A stretch of DNA of 64,000 nt from an uncultured Clostridium sp. (GTDB taxonomy: Bacteria > Bacillota > Clostridia > TANB77 > CAG-508), in assembly GCA_946411515.1 (NCBI GenBank), contig CAMKEH010000001.1:173204-237203 (forward strand), written 5' to 3'. The notes under the pieces were generated by a model. That model saw nothing but the letters and a program-made list of their open reading frames with translations. It had not been told where the DNA came from and ran no database searches. Position 1 is the first letter of the stretch. Every line of letters begins with the position of its first letter. The position numbers were made by a program, and so were the translations under genes. Of this stretch, positions 20,521-32,901 are shown in pieces.

Positions 20521-21879
20521 TTATTTTGAATATAGCACCGTAACGCATTCAACGTGACTTGTAAACGGGAACATATCTACTGGTTTAATTGATTGTATAT
20601 CATATGTTTCTTCTAGTTTATTTAAATCTCTAACTAATGTTGCTGGATTACAACTAATGTATATTAGTTTTTTAGGTTTGATTTTTATGATATTTTCTAT
20701 ACTTGTATTGTCTAATCCTCTTCTTGGTGGATCTACCATAATTATGTCAGGAATAACTTTTTCTTCATTTATTAAATTATCTAATATTTTTTCAACATCT
20801 CCTGCTATAAACTTAGTATTTGTAATATTATTCATTTTAGCATTTTCTTTAGCAGCCTTTACTGCTTCTTCTACAATTTCTATTCCATATACTTTTTTTG
20901 CATATTTTGCCATAAATAAAGAAATTGTTCCTATCCCACAATATAAGTCAAACACAATATCATCATTTGATATTTTAGCTTGTTCTACTCCTATTTTATA
21001 TAATTTTTCTGCTTGAATTGGATTTACTTGATAAAAAGAAAGTGGTGATATTTTAAAAGTAAATTCTCCTAATATATCATTTATATATCCCTCTCCATAT
21101 AAATTTATATTCTCTTTTCCAAGTATCACATTCGTGTTTTTCATATTTATGTTTTTAATTATTGTCTTTACATTAGGAAATTTTTTTATAATTTCATTTA
21201 CTAATTCTTTTTCATAAGGTATTTCTTTTCCATTAATTACAATAATACACATTATTTCATTTGTTCTTATCCCTATTTTTGTCACAATATGTCTGACTAA
21301 TCCTTTTTCTGTTTTTTCATTATATATACTTATATTATTTTTTACTATATAATCAAATATAAATTTAGCTAGTTTTTCTGTTTGTTCATTTTGAATAAAA
21401 CATCTATCAATTGGTATTATTTCATGAGTTCTATTAGCAAAAACTCCAATTACTGGTTTTCCTTCTTTATCTATTCCAACAGGATATTGTGCTTTATTTC
21501 TATAATGATATGGATTATCCATTCCAAGTGTTTCTTCAATTTTTATTTTTGTTTTCAAAGTTTTATTTACTAAACTTTGAACTGCGTTTTGCTTCATTTT
21601 TAGAGTTTCTTCATATTTTACATGTCTTAAATTGCATCCACCACATCTTTTATATGTACTACAATCACATTCAATTCTATTTTTAGAAGGTTTAATTATT
21701 TCTAGTATTTTTCCAAATGCATGTGATGATAAAACTTTTACAATTAGGATTTTTACTTTTTCTCCTTTTATTCCATTAGGTACAAATATTGTAAAGCCAT
21801 CTATTTTTGCAATTCCCTCTCCTTCAAATCCATTATCTATAATATCTACTATATATTCTTTATTTTTTTCTACAGGCAT
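20521..21879 (-). CDS. rlmD: 23S rRNA (uracil-1939-C5)-methyltransferase RlmD/RumA
   Basis: TRAM domain, CGGC Fe-S motif, SFYQVN, DLYCGIG, DPPR, YISCNP, DMFPFTSHVE. Confidence 0.95.
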   Translation of the reverse strand: MPVEKNKEYIVDIIDNGFEGEGIAKIDGFTIFVPNGIKGEKVKILIVKVLSSHAFGKILEIIKPSKNRIECDCSTYKRCGGCNLRHVKYEETLKMKQNAVQSLVNKTLKTKIKIEETLGMDNPYHYRNKAQYPVGIDKEGKPVIGVFANRTHEIIPIDRCFIQNEQTEKLAKFIFDYIVKNNISIYNEKTEKGLVRHIVTKIGIRTNEIMCIIVINGKEIPYEKELVNEIIKKFPNVKTIIKNINMKNTNVILGKENINLYGEGYINDILGEFTFKISPLSFYQVNPIQAEKLYKIGVEQAKISNDDIVFDLYCGIGTISLFMAKYAKKVYGIEIVEEAVKAAKENAKMNNITNTKFIAGDVEKILDNLINEEKVIPDIIMVDPPRRGLDNTSIENIIKIKPKKLIYISCNPATLVRDLNKLEETYDIQSIKPVDMFPFTSHVECVTVLYSK

Positions 21880-21970
21880 ATTTTTCTCCTAATCACATAT
21901 TTTTGTTTATTTTACCATATTTTATCATATTTTTCATTATTTATATAGTATTTTCTAAATTTAGACAAAT

Positions 21971-22010
21971 AAAAAAATCACCAAACATATTGCTCGATGA
22001 TTTTTGGTGC
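21971..22010 (-). terminator. Displaced tRNA 3' end (GCACCA) plus terminator; putative left junction of the serine-recombinase element
   Basis: Minus strand GCACCA-AAA-ATCATCGAGCA-ATA-TGTTTGGTGAT-TTTTTT. TTGGTGC at 22004-22010 also occurs at 29087-29093. Confidence 0.55.
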
Positions 22011-22128
22011 CAACGAAGTAGATATATACAACTCGTTAGCTCTCTTGACGATTGATATAAAATCAATCAAGTTATTTATATATAAAATACTATAAAATTA
22101 CTACATAATCAAGACCTTTTATGATTTT

Positions 22129-23105
22129 TTAAACATCAGGACCAGCGATAAAGTCATCTCCAATTCCTTGATTTGTATAAAATTTTCCTTTTACTATATC
22201 ATACATTTCCTTCGTATTTTGGGGAACTTGTATATTATCTGCATTTATTACTGTTGTTGTAGATTTGCAAGGTATGAAATTAAACATAGCTTTTCCATCA
22301 TTATCCGTACATTCAAAGTGATAAATTCTTTTATATAGGTATCCATCTGCAAAGAATAATCTCATTCTATATGAGTCTTCTCAATTACTTGACCCTGTTG
22401 ACGTTCCAACTAAATTTCCATCAATTGTTAAACTTGCATTTCCATTAGTTATATCAAAGACCACATTATATTTATGATTTTTTTGTGGTGCCTCATAAGT
22501 ATAATTGGTACCATTTATATAACTTGCTTTTCCGCCTTGATAAAACAATAAAACTTCTCTTCCTGCACAATTATGGCCAAATACAGTACCAGCAATTTTA
22601 GTTAATAAAAAATCAATTTGTATACTTCCAATGTCAAAATATTTTGTGTTTGTATCTATATATTGTGTTCCTGTGCTTTCTATATATTCTACTTGCTGAA
22701 ATTCATCTGGTAATAAAGTGCCTTCTTCAACTTTTCCATCTTTATATATTCTGTAGCTTTTATTTGTTTTATAAAAAAAATAATCTGAATATTCTGTTAC
22801 CTCTTTATCATTATTAAGTATCTTTTGTAATTCTATATTTAGACTTTCAGTAGTCAATTTATTTTTCATTTGAGCTGATAACACATCCAGTTGTATTTGT
22901 TCTAGTTCTTCTCCCTCAGAATATTTATCAACTGCCAATTTTGCTTTATCTAATATTCCATTATTAATAATTAAGTTAATACTAACTGTTGCTAAGATTA
23001 GTAAAACAATAATACTAATCACCAAAGTCACCAGAGTAATACTTTTTACTCCGTTAAAGTGTAGCTCTCTCTTACAGCCTCAAGTCTTTCATTTTTCTTC
23101 ATCAT
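22129..23105 (-). pseudogene. Disrupted type IV pilin-like protein
   Basis: Paralog of 23212-24243 (QQVEYIESTGTQYIDT...FYTN). Leader is out of frame at the (AG)4 tract 23065-23072, G is replaced by S at the prepilin site (KSITLV), and there is an in-frame TGA at 22381-22383. Confidence 0.7.
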
Positions 23106-23211
23106 TTGAATACCTCGCTTTTCTTTTTTCTTGTTATATTTTATACCAAAAATATAAAATTCGCAACTACTTTTGAAATAAAAAAAGAGACTTTTACACC
23201 TCTTAATTCTA

Positions 23212-24243
23212 TTATACATCATTTCCTTTTTCAAAAGTTCCACTTTCCTTATTTGTATAAAATTTATTATTTACTATATCATATAGGCCTATTGTATCTT
23301 TTGCTCTTACTATTCCTTCTACATCTGTTACAGTTGTGGTAGAATAACAGGGAATAAAATTACGTACTAATTCATCATCATCATATATCAAAAATGAATA
23401 TAATTTCATTAAACAACATCTTTTTTCTTGAGATGAATTTATATTATTATTATCTCTAAAGATATTTATATTTTTTGTGTTTTCAAAAGAAGTGTAATCA
23501 TATGTATATATCATATTATTGTCCACTTTAAAGATGTTTTTATCTAATTCATATATATGTTTTTCAGTTATATCTCCTTTAAATCCTTTGCATACAACTT
23601 TACTCCCATATACAGCCATTACTATTAATTCTGATGATGTATATCTATGCATATGCACAGTATTTCTATTCAATTCTTTACTTCCATCAACATCTGTTGC
23701 GCCAAACAATCCTTGATAATATCCACTTTTAAAGCTATCTGTAATAACAGCTTCACATACTATTTTGGTGTCCTGATTCCCTCTAAATAATGTATCAATA
23801 AATTGTACTGATGTATTTTCTATATATTCTACTTGTTGGTATTCTTTTGGTAACAATAATAGATTTCCTACTTCAACTTTTCCATCTTTATATATAGTAT
23901 ATTCTTTATTTAACTTAAACAACCATCCTCCAGACTTTTCATTTAAATCTACACTATCAATATCAAAATTAGCTTTTAATTCATTGCCCAAGTTTTGAGT
24001 ACTTATAGTCCCATTTCCATCAAGTTGTGCAGCAACAACTGCTAATTTAACTTTTTCTTCTTCCTGTGAATCTTTATTACTTTGTACTGCTGTTTCTGTT
24101 TTAGTTAGTAATCCATTATTACCAGTCAATGTTTGAATTGAAACCGTAGCTAATATTAATAAAACTATTATACTTATAACCAAAGCCACAAGAGTGATAC
24201 CTTTTGAACTATTTTCATTTTTTCCTAAATCTAGATTTTTCAT
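23212..24243 (-). CDS. Type IV pilin-like protein with C-terminal beta-rich domain
   Basis: Class III signal KGITLVALVISIIVLLILATVSI...G.NGLL. Confidence 0.8.
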   Translation of the reverse strand: MKNLDLGKNENSSKGITLVALVISIIVLLILATVSIQTLTGNNGLLTKTETAVQSNKDSQEEEKVKLAVVAAQLDGNGTISTQNLGNELKANFDIDSVDLNEKSGGWLFKLNKEYTIYKDGKVEVGNLLLLPKEYQQVEYIENTSVQFIDTLFRGNQDTKIVCEAVITDSFKSGYYQGLFGATDVDGSKELNRNTVHMHRYTSSELIVMAVYGSKVVCKGFKGDITEKHIYELDKNIFKVDNNMIYTYDYTSFENTKNINIFRDNNNINSSQEKRCCLMKLYSFLIYDDDELVRNFIPCYSTTTVTDVEGIVRAKDTIGLYDIVNNKFYTNKESGTFEKGNDV

Positions 24244-24509
24244 CTATAACACCTTTTCCTTTGTCTTTTCCAATTTTATTATAGCATTTAACTTTTTAAT
24301 ATGCAACGATTTTTCGTAAATAATTTATTATGTACTCAATATACTTTGGCACATTGAAGCAAATTCATTATAGCATATCAAAATATTCAATGCAACAAAT
24401 TAGTTTGATAAATTGAAAATATTTTTATTTATTTCAATCGACCAAAGTTGTAATACTTTTCATTCTAATATAATTTTATTGATTTTAACCTATTTGAAGG
24501 GAGTTTTGA

Positions 24510-24749
24510 TTGATGAAATTATCAGAAGCAATTAGAAAGAGAATAAAATTTTATTTAAAAGATAAAAATATGAATGTATGGAATTTATGCAAAATGTCTG
24601 GTATTCCTTGTTCTACTATATCTACATTTATGAGTGGCAAGACAGAACTATTAAAATTAGATACTTTATTACATATATGTGAAGGTTTTAATATAACATT
24701 AAAAGAATTCTTTGATGATCCATCTTTTGATGAAGCTATTTCTGAATAA
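24510..24749 (+). CDS. Cro/CI-type HTH regulator
   Basis: LCKMSGIPCSTIS..., ICEGFNITLKEFF. Confidence 0.85.
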   Translation: MMKLSEAIRKRIKFYLKDKNMNVWNLCKMSGIPCSTISTFMSGKTELLKLDTLLHICEGFNITLKEFFDDPSFDEAISE

Positions 24750-24825
24750 TATTAGTAATTTTTGATTTGTTGCTGGTTAATGATTTTAAGGCCAAAAAGC
24801 ATTAACTAGCAACCTTATTTTTCAA

Positions 24826-26217
24826 TTAAAATCTTTTATCTTTATTTTTATCCTTATTCAGTTTATTTTTATCTGGTATAGTTACTTTTCTAAATTCATT
24901 AGTTGCTATTTCATAATCATTGTAATCAAATATACAATTTTTATATAAATCATCACTAACAATTTTATAATTCTCATCTTTATAATAATTGATTTTCTTT
25001 TGAAAATGGCTCATTATGTTATGCCAAAAGCCTTTGAATTTATGTAGTTGCTCTTTTAGAATCTGTTTTTCTTCTTTTAGTTTAGTAATTACTTTATCTT
25101 TTGTAGATATTTCATTTTTTAATCCTTTAATCTCATCATCTTTAAGCCCTAGTTCATATTTTAGAGAACTATTTTCTTGTTCTGTTTCAAAAGCTCTGTG
25201 TTGTAGCTCTTTCATTTCTACATTTAAATCATTAACAGTTCTAATAGTTTTAGTAGTATCTTTTACTTCTTCAACATAATCTTTTAGTATTTCAACGTTA
25301 TTACTTGAAATAGACATATTATTCTTATTCATTAGAGTTGGTTTTAAGTTATCTAATATAGTAAGTATTTCATTACTAGAATTATCTAGTTGTTTTGTTT
25401 GGGTATTTGCTTTTTCTATTTTTTGTTCTTTAATTTTTAATTGTTTCTTGAATTTTCTGTAATTACCCATATCTTTAACATTAATATCTTGATTTCTACC
25501 TTTTTGTTTTTCTTTTAGTCTGGTATCTACTTCATAGAATTTATTATATGACTTAATACAAGCATTTCTCATTTTATCTTGTATTTGTGATAATGACGTT
25601 TTAGTAAACACATGAGATTTACCAACCTGTTTTTTCATTCCTTTTTTACAATTATCAATTACAGGCACTCCAACAACATGCATGTGAGGAGAAGTCTCAT
25701 CGAAATGAATAGTAGCATTGGCTAATTTAAATGTAGGTACTATTTTAGATAATTCTTCAATTTGTTCTCTATAAACATCTACCATTTTAAGTTTATATTC
25801 TTTATCTTTATCATTCCAAAATTCCATATCTCCAAGTTCTATTATAATCTCACAGGCAATATCCCATTGTGAATCACATATTTTTTTATAATAGTTTTTA
25901 ATCTTTCTATCATTTCTAGTTTGTTTATTATTATACTCTATACGAGACTGTTCAAATTCATCCAAATAAACTTGCTTAACATCATTTACTATATTATCTG
26001 TTCCATAAATAGTAGTAATTAATTCTCTTTGATTATCATAGTCTCTTAAATTATGTTTGTTTACTCTAGATAAATCATTAGCATTTTGTATAGCATTATT
26101 AGATAGAGAAGTACTACCTGATACATTTCCTTTAGCAACCCTTTTTGCTAGGTTACTTTTGTTTTTATCACTACCTAAGTGAAAAGAATATGCTAGCTCT
26201 TGTTCCAATGAAAACAC
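24826..26217 (-). CDS. MobV/Pre family relaxase (plasmid recombination enzyme)
   Basis: HNLR and ATIHFDETSPHMHVV (HUH) motifs, C-terminal coiled coil. Confidence 0.9.
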   Translation of the reverse strand: MFSLEQELAYSFHLGSDKNKSNLAKRVAKGNVSGSTSLSNNAIQNANDLSRVNKHNLRDYDNQRELITTIYGTDNIVNDVKQVYLDEFEQSRIEYNNKQTRNDRKIKNYYKKICDSQWDIACEIIIELGDMEFWNDKDKEYKLKMVDVYREQIEELSKIVPTFKLANATIHFDETSPHMHVVGVPVIDNCKKGMKKQVGKSHVFTKTSLSQIQDKMRNACIKSYNKFYEVDTRLKEKQKGRNQDINVKDMGNYRKFKKQLKIKEQKIEKANTQTKQLDNSSNEILTILDNLKPTLMNKNNMSISSNNVEILKDYVEEVKDTTKTIRTVNDLNVEMKELQHRAFETEQENSSLKYELGLKDDEIKGLKNEISTKDKVITKLKEEKQILKEQLHKFKGFWHNIMSHFQKKINYYKDENYKIVSDDLYKNCIFDYNDYEIATNEFRKVTIPDKNKLNKDKNKDKRF

Positions 26218-26235
26218 CTCCTAGAATTTTCTTCA

Positions 26236-26525
26236 ACAAACAAAAGTGACATGATTTCTTATCTTAAATTTGTTTAACTTAATATGTCACGTCTTTGTTT
26301 GTGTGCCGATTTTATGAAATAAAATCGTGTACAATGTTAGCCGAAGGCTTTATAAAAATACGAAGTATTTTTATAGGACTTTGTCTTGACTCAAGTCCTA
26401 ACCCCCTAGTTGTTATGACATGCTATCATAACAACGGGGGCTCTGCGAGGCTTAATCAATTTATCTGAATGATAAATTGATTACAAAAATATCTTCCTAA
26501 ATTTATTTTTCAAAATAAATTTATT
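26236..26525. other. Putative oriT / hairpin array upstream of relaxase
   Basis: At least six consecutive inverted repeats, e.g. CGATTTTAT-GAA-ATAAAATCG, TATAAAAATAC-GAA-GTATTTTTATA, GTTGTTATGA-CATGCTA-TCATAACAAC. Confidence 0.55.
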
Positions 26526-26586
26526 AATCTATTTTTGAAAATGCTGCCCCAACAGAACTATTTTCATTTGTATTGCAACATTTTAT

Positions 26587-28504
<1,918 letters not shown>

Positions 28505-28706
28505 TTTAACTCCTCCTAACAAAAAAGAGACACCATAATCGTACACATTAGTACAACTGACATCTCTTATAATTATTTATTTTAATACTTAAATTTATCA
28601 AATATTTCAAAATCATATTACTATCTCCTAATAGACATAAATAGTTTACTAGAGATATTATACACTTAATTTAAAGAAATGTCAAATATTTACAATATAT
28701 TAAATT

Positions 28707-28988
28707 CTATATGTTCTTTAAATACTCTTCTAATTCAGACAATTTAATCTTTTTAGATAGGTTATTTATATAAACATCACTAGAATAATTAAAAACTAGA
28801 AATGTAGTATTCTTAATTTTCACTTTATGTGGCTCAACATAGGAAAGATTAGTTTTTTCTATCTTTCTTATGCTACCATTTATAAAAGTAGGAGCAACCT
28901 TTGAAAACTCACATATAAATTGTAATCTTTGTTTTAGACTTTCTTCAAATTGTAATTCTTCTTTAACTATCTGCATTTCAAACACCAT
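28707..28988 (-). CDS. Hypothetical protein
   Basis: 93-aa ORF within the element. Confidence 0.55.
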   Translation of the reverse strand: MVFEMQIVKEELQFEESLKQRLQFICEFSKVAPTFINGSIRKIEKTNLSYVEPHKVKIKNTTFLVFNYSSDVYINNLSKKIKLSELEEYLKNI

Positions 28989-29087
28989 CCCTTCATTTAA
29001 AATTTAGGATGTTTTTTCACAAAAGAAAAAAACCAACCATCTCTGATTGATTTCATATCTATCTGTTAGTTCGAACAGATACGTCGT

Positions 29088-29140
29088 TGGTGCGGATGAA
29101 GGGACTCGAACCCCCACGCCGTTGGCACTGGTTCCTAAGA
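29088..29140 (-). repeat. att site: duplicated 3' 53 bp of tRNA-Leu(TAG)
   Basis: Identical to 39153-39205 except one mismatch. Confidence 0.95.
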
Positions 29141-29522
29141 ACTGTATATTGTTATATTTATATTAATTGATATTGATTTTTAAACTTATATAAAATTTAT
29201 AAAATCCTTATGTTTCAAGGTATTACTATAATGAAAAACTACTTAATTCTTGGTTTTCGAGATTTTTTAATTTTCATTAAAAATCTTAAAATGTTAGAAA
29301 ATTAGATAAAAAGTGTTAGAAAATATTAAATATATATGTGTAAAGTCTACTACCTATAGTTATAAAAATAATAACTTTTGTATTTATAGTAAAAATTAAT
29401 TATAAATTTATGATTGTTTTATATTTTTGCATAATTTTTTAAAATTATACTAGACTTTTTTCGTTTATATGTTATAATAGAACAAAGTTTTGTAATTATA
29501 TTAAAAAGGAGTTGCAACGAAT

Positions 29523-30284
29523 ATGAAAAAAGAAGATATAATAAATAATAAAAACGATGCAATTAAAATATTGAATAATTATTTAGATACTTGTATTTCA
29601 TCAGATACAAAGCATTTGAAAAAAGCAAATTTAGTTTCATATTGGTTAAAGGACTATATAAAATATATAGAATCTGAAGAATCTTTTGATAGTGCAAAAC
29701 TAAAAAAATATAATCGAGGAGATATTATAAAAGTTAATCTAGGTTTTAATATTGGTAATGAAGAAGGCGGATTGCATTATTGTGTTGTTCTAGATAGAGT
29801 AAATGCAAGAAAATATTCAACATTAACTGTCATCCCATTAACCTCACAAAAAGAAGGTAAAGGAATTCCAAATTCAGCAATATTTCTTGGCACAGAAATA
29901 TATGATAATTTATATTCCAAAAATAGTAGCCTAAAAGAAAATGCAAAGAAAAAATCTAAGAATTATTCAGATGAATTAAAAGCTATTCAAAATTTGCCTG
30001 AAAACAGTGAAAATGAAAAAATAATAAAAACTGTAAAACTTAATAATATAAACGAAAAGATACAACTATTAAATGTTGATATTGAATTAATAAACAAAAT
30101 AGAAAAAGAAATTTCACAAATGAAGAATGGTAGTATTGCATTAGTCAATCAAATTACCACAATTAGTAAACAAAGAATATATAATCCAAAGTCTGATATT
30201 GATGTATTATCAGGTATAAAGTTATCAAGCAATAGTCTTAATTTAATAGATGAAAAGGTAAAAAAACTTTTTACAAAAAATTGA
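29523..30284 (+). CDS. PemK/MazF-fold toxin-like protein with helical insertion
   Basis: RGDIIKVNLGFNIGNEEGGLHYCVVL, TVIPLTS, ALVNQITTISKQRI. Confidence 0.82.
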   Translation: MKKEDIINNKNDAIKILNNYLDTCISSDTKHLKKANLVSYWLKDYIKYIESEESFDSAKLKKYNRGDIIKVNLGFNIGNEEGGLHYCVVLDRVNARKYSTLTVIPLTSQKEGKGIPNSAIFLGTEIYDNLYSKNSSLKENAKKKSKNYSDELKAIQNLPENSENEKIIKTVKLNNINEKIQLLNVDIELINKIEKEISQMKNGSIALVNQITTISKQRIYNPKSDIDVLSGIKLSSNSLNLIDEKVKKLFTKN

Positions 30285-30340
30285 ATACAAAACTTTTTAC
30301 AAAAAATTGAATACAAAACTTTTTACAAAAAATTGAATAC
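30263..30340 (+). repeat. 3 x 26-bp perfect tandem repeat AAAACTTTTTACAAAAAATTGAATAC
   Basis: Units 30263-30288, 30289-30314 and 30315-30340; the first overlaps the stop of the MazF-like gene. Confidence 0.93.
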
Positions 30341-30377
30341 TTTTATTGACTTGGAGGCATATTATATAGTATAATGT

Positions 30378-30470
30378 ATTTAGAATACGTTAGCTGAACG
30401 ATACTTTTGTATTTGCATCAGCAAAATTTAGAATACGTTTGTATCTCACAGAAATGTGAGATACTTTTTT
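30378..30470 (+). ncRNA. Candidate small RNA downstream of the MazF-like gene
   Basis: TTGACT-18-TATAAT promoter (30346-30375), 14-nt direct repeat 48 nt apart, terminator GTATCTCACA-GAAA-TGTGAGATAC-T6. Confidence 0.55.
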
Positions 30471-30520
30471 GTACCTAATATTGCAGAATAGGTACATTTT
30501 TTACGAAAGAAGGTGAATTT

Positions 30521-31018
30521 ATGCAAGCAAACAATTTAAAAGGTTTATGGATACCTTATGAAATCTTAACAAGCGAAAAGCTTAGTGACAAAGAAAAATA
30601 TATTTATTCTTTAATTTTATTTTATAGTAAAAATAATGGTTATTGTACTATTACAAACAAATATATAGGAATTATAGTAAATTTATCTGATACAAGAGTT
30701 TCTAAATTAATTAGTAGTTTATCTAAAAAGAATTATGTACAAGTAATTACAAATTTTCAAGATCCTTGTAGACAAATAATAAATAGAAAAATTATTCCAC
30801 TAATTAAATTTGATAATATAACAAATTCAAAATCAACTACTTATATAGACAAAAATAACAATAGTAGTAGTCAAAAAGATAATAATACTATTGCCACAAA
30901 TGACGAGTATATAAATAATAATAAATATAATAACTATAAAAGCAATTCTGGTAACAACAAAAGAACATATAAACCAAAAGATTTAGACTATTTATATGCT
31001 AATGATTTTAATTTTTAA
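30521..31018 (+). CDS. HTH replication-initiator-like protein
   Basis: GLWIPYEIL...LSDKEK...GYC..TNKY...SKLISSL wHTH pattern with Asn-rich tail. Confidence 0.65.
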   Translation: MQANNLKGLWIPYEILTSEKLSDKEKYIYSLILFYSKNNGYCTITNKYIGIIVNLSDTRVSKLISSLSKKNYVQVITNFQDPCRQIINRKIIPLIKFDNITNSKSTTYIDKNNNSSSQKDNNTIATNDEYINNNKYNNYKSNSGNNKRTYKPKDLDYLYANDFNF

Positions 31019-31033
31019 CAAGGAGATGATTAC

Positions 31034-31636
31034 ATGTTGATTACAGATGAACTAAGTAATTCATTACAAAATTTAAATAATGCATTAAACAATGTTCTAA
31101 ATTATTCTAATACCCATATAGATGATATTAAATTTGAAAGATTTTTACATACATTAGAAAAGAATAGATTTGAAATATATGAACAAGTAAAATTTCTAAA
31201 TAACACTATTTTAGATAATAAAATACACTGTTTAAACGATGAATATAAAGCAAATTTAAAAGATAATGTTTTATCTATATATATACCAGAAAAACTCCCT
31301 AATCTTATAAATAAATCTTCATATGTAAATAAGCAAATAATTTTAAATATTGCTGAAGTAACTAAACCATATAAAGAATTATTTTATGATAAATTTGTAA
31401 TTGTTATTATAAAAATTTATGATAAACAAAAAATATGGGATGTGGATAATAAAACTGTTAAACCTATTCAAGATGGTCTAGTACATGGAGGAATTATTAA
31501 AGATGATAATTTATTTAATTGTTGTTATATGGTTCAAGGTTTTTATTCTGATACTCCCCACATTAAAGTATCAGTTTTAGAAGCTAATGATATTTTAGAT
31601 TTTATTGATTTTAAATTACCAAATATATCCAAATAA
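31034..31636 (+). CDS. Protein with RusA-like resolvase motif
   Basis: DVDNKTVKPIQDGL...IKDDN resembles RusA D-x-D-N..K...D.L...DD. Confidence 0.55.
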   Translation: MLITDELSNSLQNLNNALNNVLNYSNTHIDDIKFERFLHTLEKNRFEIYEQVKFLNNTILDNKIHCLNDEYKANLKDNVLSIYIPEKLPNLINKSSYVNKQIILNIAEVTKPYKELFYDKFVIVIIKIYDKQKIWDVDNKTVKPIQDGLVHGGIIKDDNLFNCCYMVQGFYSDTPHIKVSVLEANDILDFIDFKLPNISK

Positions 31637-31848
31637 CTATAGCAAAATTTTTATGTTTTTTTAATTCATTTTTTTGCTATAGTTATTTTTGATTTAATAC
31701 TTATTTTTAAGCATTTGTGCTAAATTTATTTTTAGAAATTTGTGAGTAATAGAGGTATCATATACGCATTACATATGATACCTCTATAGAAAAGATGATA
31801 GCAATATAAAATAAGCAATAAACATTATGCAATTATTATTTATAAATA

Positions 31849-32832
31849 ATGGAGGTTCAATCACACATGAAAAAAGGATTAATATTACAAGAAAGAGATA
31901 TAGAATTATTAATTTTTTTATCTCAATATAAAACCATAACATTAGATAATACAAAATACATATTTGAAACAAAAACATATCAAGAAAAAAGAATTTGTAA
32001 ATTAGTACAAGAAAACTATATAAAAAGATTACCACATCGAGAAATATCTCTTGGTAGAAAAGGTATTGAATATTTAGTTGCAACAGGAATAAATATAAAA
32101 GAACATTGCAGAAGTTCCAATAATTTAGAAAGATTAAAAATAATAAGTGACATTGCAGCATTTACTACAATAAACCATAATTCTTCATTTATACCTAGTT
32201 GGACTTTTAAAAGTAAAGATACACCCACAAATGATTCCAGAAGATATCTAGGTCAACTATGCTTTATGCGTGAATTTTATAATGTATATTCATTTTATGA
32301 AGGAAAAAATGATAAATATATAACTTCAATTTCTTATGATTTGAAGAAACAACAAGATATTTTGAATTCTATAATTTTTACAACAGATATGGATAAAATA
32401 CTATATCATAAAAAGAAATTAAACTTTAATAATAGCCATTTATATGTTATTGAATATAATGAGTTTAATAAAAAAATATTTAGAAATTATGAAAAAATTA
32501 AAACTTGTATTTTTAGCGATTTATCTAAAGAGCATAAAGTTGAATATATTGATTTTAGACATATGGATTATCTTATAGATGACAAATTATACTTTAAACT
32601 AATACTTTTTTGGGATATAAATCAAATACAATATTTACATTATTTTTTTGAAGAGAACCCTTCTTTAAAAACTAATTACTATTTAATCTGTTTTAAAGAA
32701 TTTGAAAAGTATTTACAAGATTTTGCAAGTAACTGCAAGTCTATTTTTATTGATAAATCTACAATTGAGGAATATTTAGAGAAAGAGTATGTTGAATATA
32801 ATGGGATAAGAGTAGATTATCCAACATATTAG
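31849..32832 (+). CDS. Hypothetical protein with N-terminal wHTH (replication-relaxation-like)
   Basis: LQERDIELLIFL...R..KLV..YI..L.RKG pattern. Confidence 0.45.
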   Translation: MEVQSHMKKGLILQERDIELLIFLSQYKTITLDNTKYIFETKTYQEKRICKLVQENYIKRLPHREISLGRKGIEYLVATGINIKEHCRSSNNLERLKIISDIAAFTTINHNSSFIPSWTFKSKDTPTNDSRRYLGQLCFMREFYNVYSFYEGKNDKYITSISYDLKKQQDILNSIIFTTDMDKILYHKKKLNFNNSHLYVIEYNEFNKKIFRNYEKIKTCIFSDLSKEHKVEYIDFRHMDYLIDDKLYFKLILFWDINQIQYLHYFFEENPSLKTNYYLICFKEFEKYLQDFASNCKSIFIDKSTIEEYLEKEYVEYNGIRVDYPTY

Positions 32833-32901
32833 TTTAAAGAATTAAAGCCTTGCTAAAGATTTTTTATCTTTATTGCAAGGCTTTAATATTTGCTATATCA
32901 A

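Noticed and set aside
22381-22383. TGA readthrough or reassignment in the pilin-like gene
   Set aside because: Single case in a gene with other lesions; TGA terminates another gene in the window (30282-30284)
23046-23056. CGG near the pilin leader break
   Set aside because: The CGG is out of frame and the required shift is -1/+2, which the AG tract explains better
30263-30340. CRISPR array
   Set aside because: Repeats are contiguous with no spacers and there are no cas genes
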